NCBI GenBank assembly: GCA_027487795.1
Contig: JAIYCX010000028.1
Location: 108,028-172,027 of the forward strand
Reading direction: 5' to 3'
Source of the DNA: Pseudomonadota bacterium
GTDB taxonomy: Bacteria; Bdellovibrionota_C; UBA2361; SZUA-149; DAOLCO01
Length of the DNA stretch: 64,000 bases
Numbering within the stretch: the first letter of the stretch is position 1; each line of letters opens with the position of its first letter. Both the position numbers and the translations under genes were made by a program. Under the pieces are notes generated by a model. That model was not told the origin of the DNA. It searched no databases and worked only from the letters and a program-made list of their open reading frames with translations. Positions 27,766 through 37,590 of this stretch are shown here, piece after piece.

Positions 27766-29076
27766 TTAAGCAAATAATAATACTGGTTCCTCAAGCAAAC
27801 TCTTTAAATAAGTTAAAAACTCCCCAGCCATTACACCATCAATTATTCTGTGATCTACAGAAAGAGTAACTCTCATCACCTTTCCAGCTACTACTTGAGC
27901 ATTCTTAACAATTGCCTCATCTTGAATACTACTTACCGCAAGAATCGCACCTTGACCTGGATTAATAATCGCGGTGAAGTGCTCAACTTCAGCTTTTCCA
28001 ATATTAGAAATAGAGAAAGTTCCACCTTGTAAGTCATCAGCTTTAGGCTTACCTGCTCTAGCCCTTTGGATCATAGTTCTTGTTTCAGAAACTATATCAC
28101 TAAGACTTAAGATATCCGCACCCTTTACTACTGGTATAAGTAAGCCATCAGGAAGAGCAGTGATGATTCCAATATTAACATCCTGAGGTTCAACAATTTG
28201 TCTATTGTCATACTTTGAATTAATTCTTGGAAATTTTCTAAGAGATAATCCAACAGCCTTGGTAATCATGTGAGTGACAGTGATACCTTCATACTTATTA
28301 GTATCAGCTTTTAAAACTTCTCTGATCTTAAGCAAACTATCTACTTCTATTTTAGCTGTTGCATAAAAATGCGGCGAAGTAGTAACACTTTCTACCATTC
28401 TGCTTGCAATAGTCTCTCTCATCTTACTTAACTGCTCAGTTTTAAAACCACCAGTTAAAGTTATACTAGCTACCTCTGCAGATTTCTGAGCTACGGTATT
28501 AACAGGAGCAATATAACTTGATGGAGTCGTACTTGAAGATCCATTTGAAATTAATTTCTCAACATCTTTTCTTACTATTCTTCCGCCCTCTCCAGACCCA
28601 GATACTGAAGAAACATCTACTCCGTGATCTTTAGCAATATTCTTTGCTAATGGAGAAATTTTAATTCTCTCCGATGATGTTTTATTAGTCGGAGCACTTG
28701 ACCCATTTAAATAAGTAGGACTAGCAACTTGAGGTGCTGCCATTGTAGGAGCAGCTGCAGGAACAGCAACTGGTGCTGTAGTTGTAACAGGAGTAGCAGT
28801 TACAGGTGCTGAAACACTAGGCGCACTGACAACTTCTCCAGCTTGACCAATCACTGCGATAACTTCACCAACTTTTACACTAGTTCCTTCCGCTGAGTTA
28901 ATCTTTAATAAAGTTCCTTCGAAAAAAGATTCAACTTCTAAGTCTGCTTTATCAGTAGCAACTTCTGCTAACGCATCTCCTCTGGAAATTTTATCTCCTT
29001 CTTTTTTAAACCATCTTAAAATTGTCCCCTGATCCATGGTATCACTAAGTTGGGGCATTTTAATTTCTGTAGGCAT
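27766..29076 (-). CDS. Dihydrolipoamide acyltransferase (E2 component of a 2-oxo acid dehydrogenase complex)
   Basis: N-terminal lipoyl domain 'EVATDKADLEVES' (lipoyl-Lys). Ala/Pro-rich linkers. Peripheral subunit-binding domain. C-terminal catalytic 'DHRIIDG'. Confidence 0.85.
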   Translation of the reverse strand: MPTEIKMPQLSDTMDQGTILRWFKKEGDKISRGDALAEVATDKADLEVESFFEGTLLKINSAEGTSVKVGEVIAVIGQAGEVVSAPSVSAPVTATPVTTTAPVAVPAAAPTMAAPQVASPTYLNGSSAPTNKTSSERIKISPLAKNIAKDHGVDVSSVSGSGEGGRIVRKDVEKLISNGSSSTTPSSYIAPVNTVAQKSAEVASITLTGGFKTEQLSKMRETIASRMVESVTTSPHFYATAKIEVDSLLKIREVLKADTNKYEGITVTHMITKAVGLSLRKFPRINSKYDNRQIVEPQDVNIGIITALPDGLLIPVVKGADILSLSDIVSETRTMIQRARAGKPKADDLQGGTFSISNIGKAEVEHFTAIINPGQGAILAVSSIQDEAIVKNAQVVAGKVMRVTLSVDHRIIDGVMAGEFLTYLKSLLEEPVLLFA

Positions 29077-29244
29077 GTTATATTCCTTGCTATATCTTAC
29101 AAATTACAAAAAAGCCTAGATGTTAGACTTTTGGAAAATATTAAACTTTATGTATTTTGGATTATACTGAAGTATACAGAACAGTGCAAAGTTTAGCGGG
29201 AAGAAATCGTTAGGAACTAGATGTTTAAGGTTATCTTAGCAGAT

Positions 29245-30072
29245 TTATACTAAGTTATTTTTCTTTCTTCTTAAAATCATTCCAATTGCCGCGCTTCCAA
29301 GTAAAAACATGGTAGATGGCTCAGGTACAGCAGAAGCTCTGACTACTACAACCATATCATTATAGTCAAAATCACCAGCAAAAGGTATTAAGCCTGAAGC
29401 AATATTACCTGACGTCAACATATCTTCTAAAAATAATACCGTATCACCAACGAATAGTTGAAAAGATAGTGGCTTACCATTATTTCTCAAACTTAAAGAA
29501 GATGGCAAATTAAGTAGACCGTCTTTAGTAATTTTAACTGCGATCATGTGCGCAGCTCCATTATCTATAGTGTTCTTACTATCTTTAGAATAAAACAAAC
29601 CTTCAGGACTTTTTAGAGCAAAATCAAACTTGCTACCCGCACCAGCGGTAAAACTTCCTGATGCTATAGGATCTATCTTATCTGTATTTATAATACTACT
29701 GAACTTACCACTTGAATCAACTGTACCAAACTGATTAGCAAATCCTGGAATATCATTTCCATCATAACAAGCTAATTCAGAAATTAAGAAAGCACTATAG
29801 TTTGTTCCTTTAGCTGATTCCGTAATCGAATCCATCTGATAAAGATTACCATCACTAAAAGTACTTATAAATGAAAGGGTACTACTCGCCGGTCCATCAT
29901 AACTATTACTAGAATTTACTGTGAACGAGCCTCTATTTGATAAAGAATCTAACAAAGGGGAAGCTGAAACTTCTGCCGAAAGCAAAGCAGAACATACCCC
30001 AACACAAATCAATGAACTTGGCTTTAATAAACTAAGAACTTTCCCTACAACGTTTTCAAAATTCTTAATCAT
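29245..30072 (-). CDS. PEP-CTERM sorting-domain secreted protein
   Basis: C-terminus 'SAVPEPSTMFLLGSAAIGMILRRKKNNLV'. N-terminal signal peptide. Second PEP-CTERM protein in the window. Confidence 0.6.
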   Translation of the reverse strand: MIKNFENVVGKVLSLLKPSSLICVGVCSALLSAEVSASPLLDSLSNRGSFTVNSSNSYDGPASSTLSFISTFSDGNLYQMDSITESAKGTNYSAFLISELACYDGNDIPGFANQFGTVDSSGKFSSIINTDKIDPIASGSFTAGAGSKFDFALKSPEGLFYSKDSKNTIDNGAAHMIAVKITKDGLLNLPSSLSLRNNGKPLSFQLFVGDTVLFLEDMLTSGNIASGLIPFAGDFDYNDMVVVVRASAVPEPSTMFLLGSAAIGMILRRKKNNLV

Positions 30073-30222
30073 GAGCTTTATCTAAATTAGTTCGATCTTT
30101 TAAAATCTATTTATAGTAATTATTTATGCTATTTTTATAGCACGGTGATACATCACAGCAAAAAACACTTGTCTAGTAATTTACTGCAATATTACGGCCA
30201 AAATTTTAAAAATCATGTTTTT

Positions 30223-30648
30223 TTACTCTTCTTCCTCAAAATTAGCTTCCTCGGAATCATAAACTGCTGTAATAACTGTCGTAATTCCACCTCTAACTTT
30301 AAAATCTCCAACTACAGTCATATACAAAGGTTTAGCAGCTTCTACTAAAGTGTCTAAAATTTGATTTGTAATAGCCTCGTGGAAATGACCCTCATCACGA
30401 AACGACCAAAGATATAACTTCAATGATTTCAGTTCTATACATGTTTGATCAGGAAAGTAGGTAATCTTAAAAGTAGCAAAATCAGGCTGACCTGTTTTTG
30501 GACACAAACAAGTAAATTCTGGGCATTCAAATGCAATTTCATAAGGCCTTCCAGGTCTTGGATTTGGAAAAGTCTCTAGTTTCTTGGAAGGATTATTAAT
30601 AGTGGCACCAAGTGTTTGATTATTTTGGGCCTGATTAGTAGTAGACAT
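30223..30648 (-). CDS. queF: NADPH-dependent 7-cyano-7-deazaguanine (preQ0) reductase, type I
   Basis: Catalytic Cys motif '[18 protein letters not shown]' and 'E(S/A)K' region. 141 aa, typical of unimodular QueF. Confidence 0.85.
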   Translation of the reverse strand: MSTTNQAQNNQTLGATINNPSKKLETFPNPRPGRPYEIAFECPEFTCLCPKTGQPDFATFKITYFPDQTCIELKSLKLYLWSFRDEGHFHEAITNQILDTLVEAAKPLYMTVVGDFKVRGGITTVITAVYDSEEANFEEEE

Positions 30649-30729
30649 TTATATTTCTCCAGTTTAGATGTCGTGCCAACTAACGGCAAAATAAAAATAT
30701 GTCAAAGGCTAAAATAGTAAAATTACTTA

Positions 30730-31485
30730 ATGAATAGAATAAGCTTAATCATACCAGTATATAACGAAGCAGATCATTTATTAGAATTCTTAAAACAAGT
30801 AGATGACCTTGAATTAAGCCTACCTAAAGAATTAATTATAGTTAACGACTGCTCAACAGATAACTCTGAGCAAATTTTAAATAATTTCCCCTTCAAGAGT
30901 ACTTATCAGCTTATTAATAAATCTGTTAACGAAGGGAAAGGTGCGGCACTACAAACAGGAATTTTAAAAGCAACAGGTTCAATCATAGGCATACAGGATG
31001 CTGACTTTGAATACGACATGAAAGACCTTCCAGATGTAATAACACCACTTATAGATAATGCCGCAGATGTTGTTTACGGCTCGAGATACAAAAATAGCTT
31101 TCTAGTACATAGAACATTTCATTATTTAATAAATCGCTTTTTAACTACAGTAAGTAACTTAGCTAGTGGTCTGTACCTCAGCGATATGGAAACTTGTTAT
31201 AAATTTTTCAAAGCAGAAGTTATAAAAAACATAATTCTAGAATCAAATAGATTCGGTTTCGAGCCAGAAATAACAGCAAAACTTGGTAAATTAAAAATCA
31301 GAATTGCAGAAGTACCAATTAGCTACTTTCCTAGAAATTATATTGAAGGCAAAAAAATCACCTGGAAAGATGGAGTTGCAGCTCTGGGACACATAATTAG
31401 ATTTAACTTTCTAACTAATGCTAATAACTGCTTCAAAAAAGAGCTTCCAGAACAATATATTCCGAAGGGACAGAACTGGCTTTAA
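30730..31485 (+). CDS. Family 2 glycosyltransferase (polyprenol-phosphate sugar transferase-like)
   Basis: 'ISLIIPVYNE' N-terminus. DxD region 'IQDADFEYD'. GT-A fold, ~250 aa. Confidence 0.75.
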   Translation: MNRISLIIPVYNEADHLLEFLKQVDDLELSLPKELIIVNDCSTDNSEQILNNFPFKSTYQLINKSVNEGKGAALQTGILKATGSIIGIQDADFEYDMKDLPDVITPLIDNAADVVYGSRYKNSFLVHRTFHYLINRFLTTVSNLASGLYLSDMETCYKFFKAEVIKNIILESNRFGFEPEITAKLGKLKIRIAEVPISYFPRNYIEGKKITWKDGVAALGHIIRFNFLTNANNCFKKELPEQYIPKGQNWL

Positions 31486-32408
31486 TTAACGATCCCCCTT
31501 CCCTTTGCAATAACATCTAACTCAGCAATTATATCTTTTAACTGTGGCTTAGAAAATGCACCTGCTGCTCCGACAGACATGCACTTAGTTTCCATTTGAG
31601 CATCAATTGTAGAAGAGAAAAATAAGAAAGGAAGATTTTTAAGATTATTATCTTCTTTTACCTTCTTACAAAATGCTAAACCATCCATTTGTGGCATTTC
31701 GATATCACTTATTATAATATCAACAGTTCTTCCACCTGTCTGATTTAAATAATCAAGTGCCTGAGTAGCAGATGGGAAAGTGTGTAACTTAACAAATCCT
31801 GCTGTTTCTAAACTTTTTACTAAAACTTTTTGAACCACTGCCGAATCATCACAGTGAAGTATTGATATTTTATTTCTATCTTCTATCGCAAAAGGAGTAT
31901 CCCCTGCTTGATAATTTAAATTCATTGAAGGATCAATAATTCCCATTATTGTCTCTAAATCTAAAATCAAAATAAGAGAATCCTTAAATCTTACCGAACC
32001 TACGACTTTAGAGTCATCTGCATTGCAAGCAGAGTTTCCAATTGGCTCAAACAACTCCCATGAACATCTTTCTATTCTATCCACTCCATCAACAATAAAA
32101 CCTATTGTTCTATTATTAAATTCTGTGACAATTAATAGTTCAGGTGCATCAGTTGAAACTATTTTTTCCTTACCAAGATGAATTGCTAAATCAACAACTG
32201 AAATAGTTTTTTCTCTAAAAGGCATTAAGCCTGCAAGCTCTCCCCTTTGATTTGGCACAGGAGATAAACTTGATTTATCTAAAACCATTATCTGTCTGAT
32301 TTTAGTCACATTCATTCCATAACGCTGACCACCAAGGTGAAATACTAAGAATTCTACTTCATTAGATCCAGCCTTAATTAATTCTTGTCTTTTCTCGTCT
32401 GCGCTCAT
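31482..32408 (-). CDS. cheV: Chemotaxis protein CheV (CheW-like domain fused to a response-regulator receiver)
   Basis: N-terminal CheW-like region, then a receiver domain with the acidic pocket 'ILHCDDS', phospho-acceptor 'IIISDIEMPQMDG', and conserved Lys 'FSKP'. Confidence 0.65.
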   Translation of the reverse strand: MSADEKRQELIKAGSNEVEFLVFHLGGQRYGMNVTKIRQIMVLDKSSLSPVPNQRGELAGLMPFREKTISVVDLAIHLGKEKIVSTDAPELLIVTEFNNRTIGFIVDGVDRIERCSWELFEPIGNSACNADDSKVVGSVRFKDSLILILDLETIMGIIDPSMNLNYQAGDTPFAIEDRNKISILHCDDSAVVQKVLVKSLETAGFVKLHTFPSATQALDYLNQTGGRTVDIIISDIEMPQMDGLAFCKKVKEDNNLKNLPFLFFSSTIDAQMETKCMSVGAAGAFSKPQLKDIIAELDVIAKGRGIVN

Positions 32409-32577
32409 TTTGCCTCAATCGATATTGTATAGATATGCGTAGTGATAAACCGAAATTAATTAATCGGCTGTTTTACGGAATAGCTAAAGAGAGAAGTGAA
32501 GGGAGTGTTTAATATTGATTTTATTAAATGATTTTAAATAGTTATTACAAAATTAGCTTATAACAATGATAACTTTT

Positions 32578-32877
32578 TTAATACTTAGCTTCTCTCAAAA
32601 CCAACGTATCAGACATGAAACAAATTATTGAATATTTATCAAAAAATTCTTTAGAAATAGCATCTAGTATCACTTCAGCTACTTCTTGTTTTACTATAGT
32701 TTCAATTCTGATATTACTGCCAGGGATCTCTCCTGCATTCCTTCCTAGAGAACCATGTCCACGTGATTCAATTACAGTATAACCAGTAGCACCTAATTCA
32801 AGAATTCTTTCACATATCAAATTTTCAAGAACTGATTCTGCTACAATTGTTACTATCTTACGTTTTGCTAATTCCAT
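32578..32877 (-). CDS. sbtB: PII-like signalling protein (SbtB-like) partnered with the upstream transporter
   Basis: 99 aa. GlnB-like fold pattern 'KIVTIVAESVLENLICERILELGATGYTVIESRGHG' with a T-loop-like segment. Immediately downstream of the DUF897 transporter. Confidence 0.55.
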   Translation of the reverse strand: MELAKRKIVTIVAESVLENLICERILELGATGYTVIESRGHGSLGRNAGEIPGSNIRIETIVKQEVAEVILDAISKEFFDKYSIICFMSDTLVLREAKY

Positions 32878-32886
32878 AATTTCTCC

Positions 32887-33903
32887 CTAAGAAGAGAATT
32901 CATAATATTTTTTTGCCATTTCCATATAAAAGGGAATTCCAATTATAATGTTAAAAGGAAATGTAATTGCAAGTGCTAGAGTTAGATAATAAGAAGGATT
33001 TGCTTCCGGCAAAGTCATTCGAACCGCAGGAGGTGCTGCTATATAAGAAGCACTTGCAGCCATTGAAGCAAGTACTACACATCCACCTAAACTCAGCCCT
33101 GAATAATGGCCTATAATTATAGCTATACCTGCGTTTATTATCGGTATTGTTAATCCAAACATAACTAAAAATATCCCAACTTTTTTAAAATCTTTTATTC
33201 TTGTTGCAGTAACAATTCCCATTTCAAGGAGAAAAATACAAAGTAGTCCTTTAAAGATGCCCCCTTTAGGATCATAAAATGAAGAGACCATTTCCCAGTT
33301 TTTATGCCCTATTAAAGATCCAATTATAAGTCCCCCTACTAGTAACATCATGGTGCGACTAGTCAGCACTTCATGTAACAAAGCTGCACGTGATTTCTCA
33401 CCGTTAGATTTACTATTAAAGACACCGATAGCAAGAGCAATTGTAATACCTGGACTTTCTAGTAGAGCAAGTAATGTTGGCATATAACCTTCTAAATTTT
33501 TCATTCCTGGAGTTTGTGAAATAACTTCTGAAACAAAACTTTGTGCAGCTATAAAAGTGACTGCTGATACAGATCCATAATGAGCTGCGATACCAGCACT
33601 ATCAGCGACAGATAATCGACCAATATTTCTAAGTATAATGTAGGTCAAAATTGGAGTAATACATCCAAGAAGAATAGTTGCAAAAGCAGGAAACATTATT
33701 TGACTAAAATCTGCTTCTGCCAGCTCTACACCACCTTTTAACCCAAGTGAATAAAGTAAATATAAGGAAATCCCCATATAAACTTCTTTTGGCACTGATA
33801 ACTCACTCTTAATGGTCTTAGCAAATAATCCTAAACAAAAAGAAAGAGTTATTGGACTTACTAAGTTCGTTACTAACGCATTTGAAACTGCCATCAAAGG
33901 CAC
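32887..33903 (-). CDS. sbtA: SbtA-family (DUF897) putative sodium-dependent bicarbonate transporter
   Basis: ~10 TM segments with an internal two-fold repeat. Motifs 'AAHYGSVSAVTF' and 'ASASYIAAPPA' match what I recall of the SbtA family. Genetic linkage with the PII-like gene. Confidence 0.55.
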   Translation of the reverse strand: MPLMAVSNALVTNLVSPITLSFCLGLFAKTIKSELSVPKEVYMGISLYLLYSLGLKGGVELAEADFSQIMFPAFATILLGCITPILTYIILRNIGRLSVADSAGIAAHYGSVSAVTFIAAQSFVSEVISQTPGMKNLEGYMPTLLALLESPGITIALAIGVFNSKSNGEKSRAALLHEVLTSRTMMLLVGGLIIGSLIGHKNWEMVSSFYDPKGGIFKGLLCIFLLEMGIVTATRIKDFKKVGIFLVMFGLTIPIINAGIAIIIGHYSGLSLGGCVVLASMAASASYIAAPPAVRMTLPEANPSYYLTLALAITFPFNIIIGIPFYMEMAKKYYEFSS

Positions 33904-34492
33904 CCTTATTCATGAATTTTTATTACATGCTTTAGATATCCACAATCATATTGCTTGTAAAATGATTACATCAACAAATCTAAAGTAGGTAGAAGAAATC
34001 ACTACACCATCAATACAACCAGACCATTAAGACACCCGATAGAAGGACATCAAACTATCAAAACACTTTTAGCTATAGTTAAGTCGAAATAAATAGCTCA
34101 TCTTGTTTCAGTCCGGAAGCTATGATAACAGACAGATGTCATGAAAGATTAAAATAGTTGGTAAGACTTAGAAAATCTCTAACTCTTACCAACTAAATCA
34201 CCTGCTCTTTAAAATTTCAATTTGGTAGATCAAATTCGTTTTCCATCAATAGTACTTCTACGCCTATTTTTTTTAAGAAGCTCTACTGATGGATACGCTT
34301 TAGGTTTTTTTTAAATATCCTAAATACTATTCCAGTAACTTCTACTCCAAAGAGCAGTATCGATAATTATGATAGCAGTTTTATTAGCTCTCTTAATTAT
34401 CGGTGCTGCTCCTCTAAGAGTAGGTGGTCTACTTATTAGTTGAAGGCAGTCTTTACTTTTTTTTGGCAGATAGGCTCTGCTAGGAGAAAATC

Positions 34493-36097
34493 ATGTTTAG
34501 TATTTTTGTAGGTGAAAATTATTTTATCATTCCTGAACAAGATACTAAAATTCAGGATGGTGTTTTTTCGAGTGTTTTTGGCGAGTTTTTAGTTAAAGAA
34601 AACAAACTCACCTTTAGTTCGAAAGGAGGATTAGAACCTGTTACTATTACAAACGAAAAACAAGGATGGTTTATTTTTGAAAATGGGTCTTTTGTTTCCG
34701 ATTGGAAATCGAATACAATTACCGCATTCGGGAAGCCAAAAAATCTTCTTAGTCAAAATAAAACCCTACCGAATTATGTTCTTGATAATACGACGGAAGT
34801 TAAAGTAGATGGTAGTTGCAGGTACACTTATTCGCTGGCTGAGCCTGAGAAAATTAAATCTATTGACGTAGCAAACTCCTGCACTCCAGAAGAATTAGAA
34901 GTACTACTTGCTAGTTTTATTTTAAAAGGCAGTGATCTTTCGACTGGTATATTTAAAGGATTCGTAGATGCTTATTGGTCCTTTACTAAAGCAGTAAGTT
35001 ACATCAATCAACTTTTTGAACGTTATAAAGATGTGAAAGATTTTGGTTGGCCGAGACATGGAAATACTTGTCTTAGTTTTAAAGGTAAAAATTTATCTAC
35101 TATCGGAGAATATGACAGTGTATACATACCCGGATCATTCGAAGATTGTGGGATATCCATTATACTAAAGCATAAGGATGCTATTTATGGATGTGGTCCA
35201 GAACCTATCCATCCCTTTTCTTTAGTTCCTCATACTACAAGGAGTTGGCAGGACCCCCTTCTTAGACCATTATCCATGTTACTAGAGAGACATGGATGGA
35301 AAGTGTTTAAAACTCTTTTAACGTCTCGGCACTTTGAGACCATGGAAGTTTTCGATAACGGTTCAAGAGCTTTTGCAGAGCTAATGGTTGAAAGATACGG
35401 CATTGAGTATGTGCCATCTGGAGTTGAATCTTGTCATAAATTTTTCCTTAGAAAGTTTAATGGGAAAGATATCAATAAAGACTATAATAACTTCATGAAC
35501 GAGTGGAAGTTATTTCGACACCGAGCGGATCTTCGAACTGCTTACTGTCTCTGGGGTGATTCATTTCTGAGAGAAATAATTGCAGCAGCGTCAGTTACTG
35601 ATGTTAGCTGGATTGGAAAACAAAAAGTTCATTCTAGAATTTTTCAGTCCTCAGATGGAGTTCTAAAGTTTAAAGAAAAAACTGATGAATATCCTATTGC
35701 TAAGTCAACTAGATTGATGCGCTTACAAGCTGAGAATTTTCTAGTCTCAGATAATCTTGTTACGGGCAAAAACTCAGAAAATGTAGGTACTAACATGAAA
35801 CTAAAGGGATTTCTCTCACCCCCTATTTCTGCTCCTGCATTCTTTAACTCTGAAGTTGAATTATATGCTTTTGCCTTCCGTCCGAAGACTTCAAGTGTCG
35901 TAGTTGCTATACTCGAATGGGGTCTATTTGATTACGAAGTTCGTGCTATTAGGTTATTTGCTGATGGAAACATCAAGCCAATAAAGCTTAATGATACCAA
36001 ACTTCGATTTAGCTTCGCCGTGTCTGATGGTGCTTGTTTAATGTTTGAAGAAGAAGATTTGGTACAAACAGAAGAACAAGAAGTACTAACGACTTAA
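34493..36097 (+). CDS. Hypothetical protein (534 aa, Cys/Trp-containing, no recognisable domain)
   Basis: Long uninterrupted ORF with coding-like composition. No signal peptide. No motif I can place. Confidence 0.5.
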   Translation: MFSIFVGENYFIIPEQDTKIQDGVFSSVFGEFLVKENKLTFSSKGGLEPVTITNEKQGWFIFENGSFVSDWKSNTITAFGKPKNLLSQNKTLPNYVLDNTTEVKVDGSCRYTYSLAEPEKIKSIDVANSCTPEELEVLLASFILKGSDLSTGIFKGFVDAYWSFTKAVSYINQLFERYKDVKDFGWPRHGNTCLSFKGKNLSTIGEYDSVYIPGSFEDCGISIILKHKDAIYGCGPEPIHPFSLVPHTTRSWQDPLLRPLSMLLERHGWKVFKTLLTSRHFETMEVFDNGSRAFAELMVERYGIEYVPSGVESCHKFFLRKFNGKDINKDYNNFMNEWKLFRHRADLRTAYCLWGDSFLREIIAAASVTDVSWIGKQKVHSRIFQSSDGVLKFKEKTDEYPIAKSTRLMRLQAENFLVSDNLVTGKNSENVGTNMKLKGFLSPPISAPAFFNSEVELYAFAFRPKTSSVVVAILEWGLFDYEVRAIRLFADGNIKPIKLNDTKLRFSFAVSDGACLMFEEEDLVQTEEQEVLTT

Positions 36098-36350
36098 GCA
36101 GAAAAAGCTAAGTCTTAAGGTATTCTATATTAACACTTTTCCACCATGTAGTATTACTAATACTACATGGTGTTTAGAAAAATGTTTAATAGACTGATAT
36201 AATTCCCAGTTATTATTTAAGGTTTAAGCGTATTCCATTAAAATAATAAAACTATACTTCCCTACTTTACTCCCAAAGAGCTGCCTCTTTTTTAAATTAT
36301 ATTTTTGTAAAAAATGAAGTTAAAAAGAAAATTGTTGTGGAGCGGCGTGG

Positions 36351-36508
36351 GAGAAAGGCATCGGGATTTAGGATTATTCGCAGATGACGAGGGGGGAGGA
36401 TGCGCGGGTAAGATTTCGGAAATTATCTTGCGACTGCAAGAAAAGTTCCGAAACTTACGGTGGCTTCAGTTCGGCACAAGAATAATCCTAAATCCCGATG
36501 CCTTTCTC
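36351..36508. mobile_element. MITE-like / structured element with 29-bp perfect terminal inverted repeats and a GC-rich 100-bp core
   Basis: gagaaaggcatcgggatttaggattattc (36351-36379) is the exact reverse complement of 36480-36508. The core is much more GC-rich than the flanks. Flanked by A-runs. Confidence 0.5.
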
Positions 36509-36540
36509 AGATAAAAAAACCAAAATCTAAAACAAAAAAA

Positions 36541-36576
36541 GTGAAAAGAGAGGCTGCATCGCTTTTCTCTTTTCAC
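36541..36576 (-). terminator. Rho-independent terminator for the ECF sigma factor gene
   Basis: gtgaaaagaga / tctcttttcac 11-bp perfect stem with a 13-nt loop. A T-run follows on the - strand. Confidence 0.45.
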
Positions 36577-36614
36577 CCGGATAACCAAAAAAACCAAAAA
36601 TAATATCTGTTAGA

Positions 36615-37289
36615 TTAAGCTGCAGCCCTAAAGGATGCATTTGATTGAGCATTTTTTGTTTCCTCTACCGCGAAATCTTCATAAAACTTTTTTAACTTTC
36701 TTCTAAGCATTATTCTTGATCTATGTAATCTAGACTTAACAGCCGGAATACTTAGGTTTAAAATATCCCCTACTTCCTTATTAGAAAGTCCGTCCACATC
36801 TCTTAGAACAAATACCGCTCTATATTCATCTGGTAATCTACCGATAGCATTTTCTAGAGCTTCTCTAATTTGATTATTCATAGTTAATGAATCAGACTGA
36901 GAGCCGAAACCATATTCTTTATTAGAAGTTTGGTTCTCTATAGTAGGAAGCATATCCTCGATAGAAACTGTTCTATCTTGCTTCTTCTTTCTCAGCTTCA
37001 TGAAAGCTGCGTTTACAGTTATTCTGTATAACCAGCTAGAAAATTTTGCTTTACCTTCAAAGCTCGCGATCTTTCTATATACTGTTATAAAAACATCTTG
37101 TAGCACCTCTTCCGCATCCTCTTGGTTTCTTGTTAATCTCATTGAAAGATTATGAACCTTTGTTTCGTATCTTAAAATAATTTCAGCGAAACTCTCCTCA
37201 CATCCCTTCATAAATTTTTGAACTAGTAGCTCATCAGTTAGTTGATCTACATTCTTCTTTAGTTTTCTTATCTTTGTCTTTGCAGCCAT
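36615..37289 (-). CDS. ECF-type RNA polymerase sigma-70 family factor
   Basis: Region 2 'EVLQDVFITVYRKIASFEGKAKFSSWLYRITVNAAFMKLRKK'. Region 4 HTH 'LPDEYRAVFVLRDVDGLSNKEVGDILNLSIPAVKSRLHRSR'. Confidence 0.85.
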   Translation of the reverse strand: MAAKTKIRKLKKNVDQLTDELLVQKFMKGCEESFAEIILRYETKVHNLSMRLTRNQEDAEEVLQDVFITVYRKIASFEGKAKFSSWLYRITVNAAFMKLRKKKQDRTVSIEDMLPTIENQTSNKEYGFGSQSDSLTMNNQIREALENAIGRLPDEYRAVFVLRDVDGLSNKEVGDILNLSIPAVKSRLHRSRIMLRRKLKKFYEDFAVEETKNAQSNASFRAAA

Positions 37290-37590
37290 GGTATTAAACC
37301 CTCCAGGTTCTTGTTATCCGTTTTATTTTTTATTTTTGGTTATCCCAAGAGTTTTTTCCCTCTCGAGATGAATGGAGAGTAAGCGAAAACTGAATATCAG
37401 TTGTCACGCTTAAGTAAGAAGTTCGTACTAAGATTGTAATACGTTTGTAACAAATAAAAGATAATAAATTCAGCTAGTTAGCTTGAATTTTTATTTATTT
37501 ATAGCTTTTTTAGCTATTATTTAAATTATGATGGCACTTAATCGATGAAGGATTTCACTTTTATTGTCTAATCATCATATAGTTACGGCT

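Noticed and set aside
34368-34445. 25-codon hydrophobic mini-ORF (MIAVLLALLIIGAAPLRVGGLLIS) upstream of sbtA
   Set aside because: Too short and without a convincing RBS to call. Mentioned only as a possible leader or small membrane peptide.
36314-36514. 66-aa ORF (MKLKRKLLWSGVGERHRDLG...)
   Set aside because: Coincides exactly with the 29-bp-TIR element. The inverted-repeat symmetry generates an artefactual ORF.
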